A stretch of DNA of 18,650 bases from an uncultured archaeon (GTDB taxonomy: Archaea; Asgardarchaeota; Thorarchaeia; Thorarchaeales; Thorarchaeaceae): positions 1 to 18,650 of the forward strand of contig CAZPWM010000061.1 in the NCBI GenBank assembly GCA_964590575.1, written 5' to 3'. Numbering within the stretch: position 1 is the first letter of the stretch; the number at the start of each line of letters is the position of its first letter. This document shows, piece after piece, positions 7,893-15,401 of this stretch. A program made the translations under genes and the position numbers. The notes under the pieces are model-generated. The model did not search any database, had not been told where the DNA came from, and saw nothing but the letters and a program-made list of their open reading frames with translations.

Positions 7893-8489
7893 CTATGGGA
7901 ACGACTTGAAGAACTCGTCTGGTTCTTGTCCTTCCTCAATCAGCTCGATTTCTTGAACACCCACTCGTTCAGCATCGTATCTTCTAGCGAGTATGGTGCC
8001 ATCGAATTTTTCCCGAGCTGTTGCATCTTTGCCTCGCCAGACAAAAATATCCTCCCATGCATCTAATAGGAACACATCGTCGCTCTTCAGAGAGTCCTTG
8101 CTAAGTTTGACCTCTGCAAAAAAGGTTTCATCACCTTCACGATGAACTCGCCAAAGCTTATGCTCATGGGTTTCCATCTGAACCTTCTTCAAGATGCCTT
8201 CTGTGTCTTCGTCAGTCAGTCGAAAATCATCGAAGAGTGCCTTGAATTCTTCAGGTTCGTTTCCTCCCTCTATACGATCGATGTCTGCCTTACCCTCACG
8301 TTCTGTGTCCCTCATCACTGCTGATGCTGCTGTGAGAAACTTCTCATCAATGCTGCTATGAGGCCCAATCCAGAGGTAAATCTTGAATCCAGCATCTACA
8401 AGAAAACAATCACCTCGAGCGAATTTCCCGGGGTCCTTCATCTTTACGAGTCGACCCTTTTGAATATGGTATGTAGTTGGTTCTGGCAT
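7893..8489 (-). CDS. Two-domain gelsolin-like actin regulator (Asgard 2DGel type)
   Basis: Two gelsolin repeats: GDCFLVDAGFKIYLWIG...S.DEK...IEGGNEPEEFKALF and SDDVFLLDAWEDIFVWRG...T.REK...IEEGQEPDEFFKSF. The linker has a WH2-like ILKKV. AGGAGA RBS upstream. Confidence 0.9.
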   Translation of the reverse strand: MPEPTTYHIQKGRLVKMKDPGKFARGDCFLVDAGFKIYLWIGPHSSIDEKFLTAASAVMRDTEREGKADIDRIEGGNEPEEFKALFDDFRLTDEDTEGILKKVQMETHEHKLWRVHREGDETFFAEVKLSKDSLKSDDVFLLDAWEDIFVWRGKDATAREKFDGTILARRYDAERVGVQEIELIEEGQEPDEFFKSFP

Positions 8490-8525
8490 TGTACAGTTCT
8501 CCTAGGTTCCGTAATCTAGTATTCA

Positions 8526-8533
8526 TGTATAAA
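8526..8533 (-). promoter_or_regulatory. Putative archaeal TATA box for the gelsolin gene
   Basis: TTTATACA on the minus strand, ending ~37 nt upstream of ATG 8489, with an AGGAGA RBS at 8498-8503 in between. Confidence 0.5.
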
Positions 8534-8579
8534 TGAAAGTCCGATATAGTGGAGGGAAAATCCCAAATGTGGTTACAAA

Positions 8580-9248
8580 CTAGGTAACTAGACGCATAGT
8601 GACGTTGTATATGAATGTCCATGGTAGATTCGTATGATAGTCAGAGAAAGAAACAATTTGTGGAACTCCTGTATTGAGATCTATAATTCCGTGCCATTCT
8701 GATATTTGATTTGAACTATTAGAACTATAGCCAAAATAGAAGTAGTTTCTCGAACTGGCGGAGAGGTATGATTCATGTTCTAAGAATGGTCTATCAATCT
8801 CATATGGGAAGAAATAATCAAGATGCCCCCAGCCTCCTATAGGGAGAAAGCAGTTCGATACATGTGAATTGATTGCAAAATAATATTGAACTGGAATGAT
8901 AGTGCCATTTGAAAACGTCGAACTAGTTTTCAAATGTTCTACAACGGTCTCAATGAAGTTACTTCCATAGAATACGATTGTGACATTAGGGAGTGAAACT
9001 ATCTCAACAGCTATGCGTGAATTATTCATAGCTGCTAGTTGTGGGGGAAGAGTAATTGTGCTAGTTGATGTGTTTCCCGTCACCGAAACATCAAATATGA
9101 ACACATCACTTTCTTCGATTGCCCAAGAGAAAGTCATCGACTGCCGTACATATTCTGTCAGGAATCCAACCGAAAGGGTGATGACTAAGGTGAGGAGGAC
9201 AACTGCAAGGATTCTCTTACGATGGTCCAAGTTACGCACCTCGTTCAA
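8580..9248 (-). CDS. Hypothetical membrane-anchored/secreted protein
   Basis: Basic N-terminus (HRKR) followed by a hydrophobic helix (ILAVVLLTLVITLSVGFL) and a Ser/Thr/Asn/aromatic-rich domain with six N-x-S/T sequons. The true start may be TTG 9230 (GAGGTG plus 6-nt spacer). Confidence 0.7.
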   Translation of the reverse strand: MNEVRNLDHRKRILAVVLLTLVITLSVGFLTEYVRQSMTFSWAIEESDVFIFDVSVTGNTSTSTITLPPQLAAMNNSRIAVEIVSLPNVTIVFYGSNFIETVVEHLKTSSTFSNGTIIPVQYYFAINSHVSNCFLPIGGWGHLDYFFPYEIDRPFLEHESYLSASSRNYFYFGYSSNSSNQISEWHGIIDLNTGVPQIVSFSDYHTNLPWTFIYNVTMRLVT

Positions 9249-9349
9249 CTATTCCTCTGATAAGGGCGGCGCCTTTTGGTCGTTGCGTTTTGATGGTCGA
9301 TAGCTATCTTATTTACAAGATTCCATGCGAAAAGGAACTTGGTGAGCCG

Positions 9350-10153
9350 ATGCCAGAACTTCCCGAATTACAAATAATCGCAGAACGCTTGACTAGTGAG
9401 CTTGCTGGATTTCCAATAAAGAAGACATCGGTTCATAATCATCTTGTAGTCCACGGCTTACCCGTTCAAGAATTTGAGTCGAAATCTGTTGGAGAGACCT
9501 TTGAGTCAGTAGTAGCAGATGGGAAGTTCTTAATTTTCTTTCTTACCAATTATGACATTGTGTTGAATCTCATGCTAACAGGCCGGCTGAGAACGACACC
9601 CAGATACAAACGACCCAACAGCTATGACATGGTATCATTTCGAATTGAAGATCTGACACTATGGTACTCTGACGCTAAGAAGATGGGACGTATCTATCTA
9701 GTAAAGAAAGGCGACTACTCACAGGTTGCTGATTTTGAGGGTAGAGGGCCCTCAGCGCTTGACCCTGAGCTCACACTTGAGATTTTCATGAATCGGTTGA
9801 AACGACATAATGGCCAGATCAAGAATGTACTTCGAAACCAGCGCTTTGTGAAAGGAATTGGCAACGCCTACGCTGATGAGATTCTCTTGTATGCAGGAAT
9901 ATTGCCGTTTCGCAATCGATCAACATTGTCAGATGAGGAGGTAGAAATCCTCTATCATGCAATGGGAAAGGTTCTCTCGCACATTCGTGATGTAATATCG
10001 AAACGGTCTCTTGATGAGATTGCTATTGAGAAGAGGGATTTTCTAATGGTACACAACAGAGGCGGTGGAATCTGTCCGCTCTGCGGAGGACGCGTATCCG
10101 AAGTCATGGCAAATCGGTTCAAGACCAACTACTGCCAGACGTGCCAGAAGTAA
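9350..10153 (+). CDS. mutM: Fpg/Nei-family DNA glycosylase/AP lyase
   Basis: The N-terminal catalytic M-PELPE fixes the start at ATG 9350 (GGTGA RBS at 9341-9345). Also GKFL, H2TH motif GIGNAYADEIL and a C-terminal Zn finger CPLC...CQTCQ. NLMLTG replaces canonical HLGMTG, so the exact subfamily and substrate are uncertain. Confidence 0.85.
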   Translation: MPELPELQIIAERLTSELAGFPIKKTSVHNHLVVHGLPVQEFESKSVGETFESVVADGKFLIFFLTNYDIVLNLMLTGRLRTTPRYKRPNSYDMVSFRIEDLTLWYSDAKKMGRIYLVKKGDYSQVADFEGRGPSALDPELTLEIFMNRLKRHNGQIKNVLRNQRFVKGIGNAYADEILLYAGILPFRNRSTLSDEEVEILYHAMGKVLSHIRDVISKRSLDEIAIEKRDFLMVHNRGGGICPLCGGRVSEVMANRFKTNYCQTCQK

Positions 10154-10201
10154 TATGAGTGACGTTATCTCTACACTCATAGCCATTGGAGATGAGCAGA
10201 G

Positions 10202-11383
10202 ATGGATAAATGGGAAGAGCAATTCCTTCGAGAGATTGTTGAGCTGGACACAAACAGCGATGAGAAGAAGAACTACGCTGTCTGTGCTGAAATAGTCAAG
10301 AAATACTGCGAAGAAGCAGGTCTCAAGGTAGAGATCTTTGACTCGATGCATGACGGAAAACCGCAGCCCAATGTGGTAGCAACCATGGATGTTGGCGCAA
10401 AGACAACAGTCCTTCTCTGTACGCACTATGATGTTGTTCCCGCAGGCGAAGTTGACGAATGGAAGAGGCCTCCTTTCGAGCTGACAATTGAGAAGGGGAA
10501 AGCATATGGTCGTGGTGTAAGCGACAACAAGGGGAACATTGTTGCATCAGTCAGCTCTGCAAAGGAGCTCATCAAGAAAGGTACATCGAAGGTCAATTGG
10601 AAGATTCTAATCAGTCCCAATGAAGAGATTGGAGGCGCATGGGGCATTGATTATTTGATGAATGGTCCTCCGAAGATTCGTGGTGATTTTGGAATCGTGG
10701 TCGACTCAGGTCCCGAGTATGTCAGCACAGGTGCGAGTGGAGTCATCGCAGGAACCATCACTGTGCGAGGTGTTCAAGGACATGCTGGCTATCCATTCAA
10801 ATTTGCAAACGCAATCCATCTCTCAATTCCATTAATGCAGGTCATGCTTGACTATGTTGATGTTCGACGAAAGGTGGAGTCCAAACTACCTGCGCCACCG
10901 GGCAGTCCTCATCAGACTCTTTGGGGTCGCTTCTCAATGACAGTCTACAATGCAGGGAGCAAGACTAACACAATCCCTGGCAAAGCTGACATATCATTCG
11001 ATTGTCGTACTATCCCTGAAGAAGATGTAGCAGATGTTGCTAAAGACATTGAGAAGTTCTTTGAGAAAGCAAAAGAGGAGACCTGCGTCGAGGCGTCGCT
11101 TGAGTTCAAAACCAAACACTCTGGTTGGGGATCAGACTCTGAGAACAACTATGTAAAAACGTTCCATGAGTCAGTCAAAGAGGTAGTGAGTCAAGACATA
11201 GTAATTGCTGCAGATTTGGGCGGAAATGATGGTCACTACTTCACATCTCACGGAATACCAACAGTTTGTTATGGTACTCTCAGAGACGATAATAACTATC
11301 ATGGCTTGGATGAGTTCATGCATCTTGAGGACTTTGAGAAGGTGAAAAAGGTCCTCATTCACTTTGCGGAGGTGTGTGATTGA
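10202..11383 (+). CDS. M20A-family metallopeptidase/deacylase (ArgE/DapE-like)
   Basis: Metal-binding motifs THYDVVP, GRGVSDNKG, NEEIGG, GHAGYP, NTIPG, GGND and YHGLDE. Confidence 0.9.
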   Translation: MDKWEEQFLREIVELDTNSDEKKNYAVCAEIVKKYCEEAGLKVEIFDSMHDGKPQPNVVATMDVGAKTTVLLCTHYDVVPAGEVDEWKRPPFELTIEKGKAYGRGVSDNKGNIVASVSSAKELIKKGTSKVNWKILISPNEEIGGAWGIDYLMNGPPKIRGDFGIVVDSGPEYVSTGASGVIAGTITVRGVQGHAGYPFKFANAIHLSIPLMQVMLDYVDVRRKVESKLPAPPGSPHQTLWGRFSMTVYNAGSKTNTIPGKADISFDCRTIPEEDVADVAKDIEKFFEKAKEETCVEASLEFKTKHSGWGSDSENNYVKTFHESVKEVVSQDIVIAADLGGNDGHYFTSHGIPTVCYGTLRDDNNYHGLDEFMHLEDFEKVKKVLIHFAEVCD

Positions 11384-12508
11384 ATGGTTGATATACATGA
11401 AATGAAGATAGGAGCTCCTGGTCCCTTCCTTCCACCCTGGGACAATGCACTGAAAAATGCACAGACCATTGATTCCTTAGGATATGACAGTATGGCTTTT
11501 CCGGACCATTTTGCAGGGTTTATACCTGAGAGCATCTGGACCCCTGATGTCACACCGTTGGCAAACTTCCAGCAGTCCCCCCACACATACTATGAACTAT
11601 CTGCTATCATGAGTGCATGCGCTGCAGTGACCGAGAACGTGCAGCTGATTTCTTCAGTTACTGAACCACTAAGACGTCATCCAATCCTTCTTGCACAGAC
11701 CTTTCTCACACTCGACCATATCAGTCGAGGAAGAACAGTACTTGGTATTGGAGCAGGAGAAATTGAGAATGTGGAGCCCTATGGTTTAAACTACTCTGGC
11801 CAGGTCGGAAAACTACGAGAGGCTCTTGAAATCATCAGAATGGTCTGGAATACGCATGAACCATTCGATTATGATGGTCGATATTGGAAACTCAAAGACG
11901 CTGTCTTGTCACTTAGGCCTGCAGTAGATGGAAAACCCCCGCCAATCTGGATAGCGGCCATGGGTCCTAAGATGCTCGAATTAGCCGCTGAATATGGTGA
12001 TGGATGGATTCCGACAAGTCTGACTCCTAGTGGTTATGGCGAGCGCTTGAAGGTAATCAATAATCACAGAAAGAAGCTCGATAGAACAGGACCGTTCACA
12101 GCTGCGATATGGAACTGGTGTATCTTGGATGCAGATCAATCAGAATGCGAGAAAATGATGAATACACCACTAGCAAAGGCATTTGCACTCCTCCTTCCAG
12201 GAGTTGAATGGAGACGTCTTGGGTACGACCATCCATTTGGCGATAATTTCCACTCGTTGACAGATTATGTTCCTATGAGATATGATCGAAAAACAACGTT
12301 GTCCGCCATGGAAAAAGTCCCCGAAAAAGTGCTTCAAGAATTCTATATGACTGGCGATACGGAAACGATGATAAAACGACTAGAGGATTTTGCAAAGCAA
12401 GGGCTTGAACATTGTATCATGTGGAATGCTTCGGGTATGTTCGATTTGGTGAAGATAAAGTCATCCTACAAGATAATGAAAGAGGTCATAGCCTATGTCA
12501 AAGGATAG
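11384..12508 (+). CDS. LLM-class (luciferase-like) oxidoreductase, probably F420-dependent
   Basis: Motifs GYDSMAFPDH, RRHPILLAQTFLTLDHISRGRTVLGIGAGE, PPIWIAAMGPKMLELAAEYGDGW. GGAGGTG RBS at 11368-11374; start abuts the upstream stop. Confidence 0.88.
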   Translation: MVDIHEMKIGAPGPFLPPWDNALKNAQTIDSLGYDSMAFPDHFAGFIPESIWTPDVTPLANFQQSPHTYYELSAIMSACAAVTENVQLISSVTEPLRRHPILLAQTFLTLDHISRGRTVLGIGAGEIENVEPYGLNYSGQVGKLREALEIIRMVWNTHEPFDYDGRYWKLKDAVLSLRPAVDGKPPPIWIAAMGPKMLELAAEYGDGWIPTSLTPSGYGERLKVINNHRKKLDRTGPFTAAIWNWCILDADQSECEKMMNTPLAKAFALLLPGVEWRRLGYDHPFGDNFHSLTDYVPMRYDRKTTLSAMEKVPEKVLQEFYMTGDTETMIKRLEDFAKQGLEHCIMWNASGMFDLVKIKSSYKIMKEVIAYVKG

Positions 12509-13067
12509 GCTAGTCCTGGTTACACAAAATAAACACAAACTCAAGGAGCTCATCCCGCTCTTCAGGAAGTACAACGTAGATTTCGACACCACATCACTTG
12601 AGAAACATGAAATCCGGTCCGAAGACATTGAGGAGATTGCCCGGGTAGCGGCTAAGGTTGCATTTGAAACTCTTCATAAACCAGTTGTCGTAGATGACAC
12701 AGGTTTCTTCGTCGATTCACTCAATGGTTTTCCAGGATCGTATGCCGCAATTGTTCTAAAGTCGATAGGCTACCAAGGCATTCTGCAACTCATGGCAGGC
12801 AAAGAAGAACGTTCATCGAAGTTCAAAACCGCTGTGGGATATTGCGATGGCCAACAACTGGAATCATTTGTAGGAACCATGCCTGGTACTATTGCATGTG
12901 AACCAGCAGGAGAGGGCGGTTTCGGCTACGACCCCATCTTTGTGCCTGACGGATTTTCGAAGACATATGCAGAACTAACCTTAGATGAAAAAGTGAGTGT
13001 TTCTCACAGAACAAAGGCGTTTGAGGAGTTCCTGAGATGGTTTAGAGCCGTACTTGACAAGCCTTAA
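12495..13067 (+). CDS. rdgB: Non-canonical purine NTP pyrophosphatase (XTP/dITP diphosphatase, RdgB/HAM1 family)
   Basis: Motifs TQNKHKLKE, VDDTGF, LNGFPG, GFGYDPIF and K..VSHR..A. Overlaps the LLM gene by 14 bp. Confidence 0.93.
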   Translation: MSKDRLVLVTQNKHKLKELIPLFRKYNVDFDTTSLEKHEIRSEDIEEIARVAAKVAFETLHKPVVVDDTGFFVDSLNGFPGSYAAIVLKSIGYQGILQLMAGKEERSSKFKTAVGYCDGQQLESFVGTMPGTIACEPAGEGGFGYDPIFVPDGFSKTYAELTLDEKVSVSHRTKAFEEFLRWFRAVLDKP

Positions 13068-13101
13068 GACGGAAGATATCGACCGCTTAGATGGAATAAC
13101 A

Positions 13102-13854
13102 ATGTCAGTGAGTGAAACGACCCTAAAAGCCCTGAAGCATCTTGGTCTCACAGAATATGAAACCCAAGCATACCTCGCGCTTGTTGCTGGTGGACAGATG
13201 GGCGCGTCTGATGTGTCAACAAAATCCAAGGTTCCATACTCAAGAATCTATGACGTATTGGGTCGATTAGAGGAGAAGCAATTCATACAAATTAAGAAAG
13301 GTCGTCCAACCACCTACATTGCTAAGGCTCCCACAGAGGTGATGCGTCTTGTTCGTCTCGATTGGGAGGAACGACTAAAGGAGTCCAGCAGAGTAGTTGT
13401 TGAAGAATTGCAACCATTATTTGAGAAGGAAACAAAGGTAACTACCCGTGATGTATGGGTTGTACATGGTCGTGCATCGATCCTTGCCAAAGCCATGGAG
13501 ATGCTCGATTCTGCCAAAGAAGAGGTCCTTCTTTCTCTTCCATCATTTGACCTCTCAGCAGAAGATGTGGACACGGTCGTCGAACGAGTTCTTCTTGTCA
13601 AGGCCAAAGTTCGAATCCTTACATCTTCCATTACAGACGCATTGAAGGAAGTCATTCCTGAACGGTTTGAGGTCAGAACAAGGAAACGTGTGTTCGGAGC
13701 AGGTCTGGTGGTTGATCAGAGAGACACTTTGATTATGTTGGCTGGGGGTGAAGAGAGTGACGAATTTCTAGGGATATATTCGTCTCATGCTATCTTCGCT
13801 GCAATGAGCAGTAGCTACTTTGAGTCCCTTTGGAAGGATAGTACCCCTCTTTGA
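13102..13854 (+). CDS. TrmB-family transcriptional regulator
   Basis: LGLTEYETQAYLAL...VPYSRIYDVLGRLEEKQFI...GRPTTY is the TrmB wHTH. VWVVHG...AKEEVLLS and LVVDQR mark the effector/PLD-like domain. Start is ATG 13102 or TTG 13054 (overlapping rdgB). Confidence 0.9.
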   Translation: MSVSETTLKALKHLGLTEYETQAYLALVAGGQMGASDVSTKSKVPYSRIYDVLGRLEEKQFIQIKKGRPTTYIAKAPTEVMRLVRLDWEERLKESSRVVVEELQPLFEKETKVTTRDVWVVHGRASILAKAMEMLDSAKEEVLLSLPSFDLSAEDVDTVVERVLLVKAKVRILTSSITDALKEVIPERFEVRTRKRVFGAGLVVDQRDTLIMLAGGEESDEFLGIYSSHAIFAAMSSSYFESLWKDSTPL

Positions 13855-13861
13855 CGGCCTT

Positions 13862-13891
13862 TTATGCTATCTTAAAGACATTCTAGCATAA
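13862..13891. repeat. 8-bp perfect inverted repeat TTATGCTA-N14-TAGCATAA (candidate operator or terminator hairpin)
   Basis: Arms at 13862-13869 and 13884-13891, in the 77-bp gap between the TrmB stop and the Lrp-like gene start. Confidence 0.45.
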
Positions 13892-13931
13892 GTATTACTC
13901 GCCTTTAGAACAGTGTCTGTGAGGGTGAAAA

Positions 13932-15344
13932 ATGACTCAGCCTGATATTGAGACGCAAGACCAGGATGAAACCGTAATGCCTGAGGAGAAACGTCCGAAA
14001 TTCGAAAACAAACTCTCACCTAGTGCAACAGCCGTCTTGCGTTTTGTGAAAACTTTTGAAGAGGGTGGCCAGTTGCAAGTTTTTCAAACGGATGCTGAAT
14101 TTGAGTTGCTACGGACAATGGTCACTTCTTACAGAGGAAGTTTGTACTCCCTTTTAATTCGTAGACTTGAAGAAGTAGTTGCTCTCGGTGGTGTGTCAAT
14201 AATCTCTCAGCGGGACATCATGAGTCTAATAGTCAACCTCTGGGAAGAAAATATATCTCATCTATCGAGGACGGAGCTACCCTTCCTTGAGGCGGCTCTC
14301 AAAAATCCGGGGGCGACGCTAAGTTTTCTAGCTACAAAAGCAAAACTGAGTTATGCTCAAACTAGAAGGGCTCAGAAACGACTTAATGAATCTGGGGTTC
14401 TAAGAACAGTTGGAATGTTGAATACACACAAACTTGGACTTGAGCGAGTCCTAATAATTTTCGAATCCCCCTCTTTGGTTCTCTCGGGTCCATATGTTCA
14501 AAAAACCCTCATGGTTGACGGTTACTCTCCTTTGGTTCTGGTTGTTGCTACAATACCTCACCAAAAGAGAACAGAACTGCTAGATACAATACGCTCTTTT
14601 AGAGGAAGTACTGGCAGTGCATCTGTTTGGGCTCTCTCAGATGGAAGGCCCTTCTTCAGTGGTCGATACTTCAATGCTCATGGCGGCTGGAATCTGGACT
14701 TACTACACCTTCGTTTGATGCTACGAAAAGGGGGCGACCCACTGCTACTAGCTGATGTTTCTACGCCCTCCCCCCAGAAACCAAATCGATTCACCTATGC
14801 AGACGTCAAGATAATCGATGCTCTTGTTGATGGTTTTGATAGCACCGGTAATGATATCGTATCTACCACCGGCTTGTCACCCTCTACTGCATTTAGAAAA
14901 CGAGCACAGCTTATCAAGAACCGAGTTCTTTTACCGAGAGCTCGAGTGAACATTCCCCGCCTCAGTGACAGAGTTATCTGTTTTCTGAGTCCTGAATGCT
15001 CTGGTGATATCATCACCGCATGGAACCATCTACCAATAACATACCAAAGTAGAATCCAGAACATTGAAGACCCATCAGAGAAAAAGGTCCTCCTAGTGTC
15101 CGCTCTACCTGCAGGTTCTGGACGTAATCTGATAGATGTGCTTAATGATGAAACCTCAAAAATCCATGATTATAGTGCTCATGTAGTAGCCGCTGGTACT
15201 GGTCAATCAACCAAGGTTGCATCGATGTACGATAGACGGAGTGACAGCTGGAAATGGGATGTTTCAAAATACTTTGATGCACTAACATATAGTGTAGTAC
15301 GAAGAGAGGCTTCCTCCACTGATATCCCTCTTGACCTTGCGTAA
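13932..15344 (+). CDS. Tandem Lrp/AsnC-like regulator (two HTH + RAM-like units) with an extra N-terminal domain
   Basis: Unit 1: FLEAALKNPGATLSFLATKAKLSYAQTRRAQKRLNESGVL...LNTHKLGL. Unit 2: DVKIIDALVDGFDSTGNDIVSTTGLSPSTAFRKRAQLIKNRVL. GAGGGTGA RBS at 13921-13928. Confidence 0.65.
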   Translation: MTQPDIETQDQDETVMPEEKRPKFENKLSPSATAVLRFVKTFEEGGQLQVFQTDAEFELLRTMVTSYRGSLYSLLIRRLEEVVALGGVSIISQRDIMSLIVNLWEENISHLSRTELPFLEAALKNPGATLSFLATKAKLSYAQTRRAQKRLNESGVLRTVGMLNTHKLGLERVLIIFESPSLVLSGPYVQKTLMVDGYSPLVLVVATIPHQKRTELLDTIRSFRGSTGSASVWALSDGRPFFSGRYFNAHGGWNLDLLHLRLMLRKGGDPLLLADVSTPSPQKPNRFTYADVKIIDALVDGFDSTGNDIVSTTGLSPSTAFRKRAQLIKNRVLLPRARVNIPRLSDRVICFLSPECSGDIITAWNHLPITYQSRIQNIEDPSEKKVLLVSALPAGSGRNLIDVLNDETSKIHDYSAHVVAAGTGQSTKVASMYDRRSDSWKWDVSKYFDALTYSVVRREASSTDIPLDLA

Positions 15345-15401
15345 ATAAACCGTGACACAACCCTAATCTTGTACGGTGTTAACCATTCTAGTGAGTGACT
15401 C

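Noticed and set aside
9262-9277. Small GC hairpin AAGGGC-GGC-GCCTTT followed by T
   Set aside because: Short stem with a G-U pair, in a divergent promoter region where no transcript should end; likely chance.
10155-10295. ATG right after the Fpg stop (MSDVISTLIAIG...), suggesting a frameshifted N-terminus of the M20 peptidase
   Set aside because: The M20 ORF from ATG 10202 already has a plausible first helix and a purine-rich RBS-like stretch upstream; no slippery site is evident.
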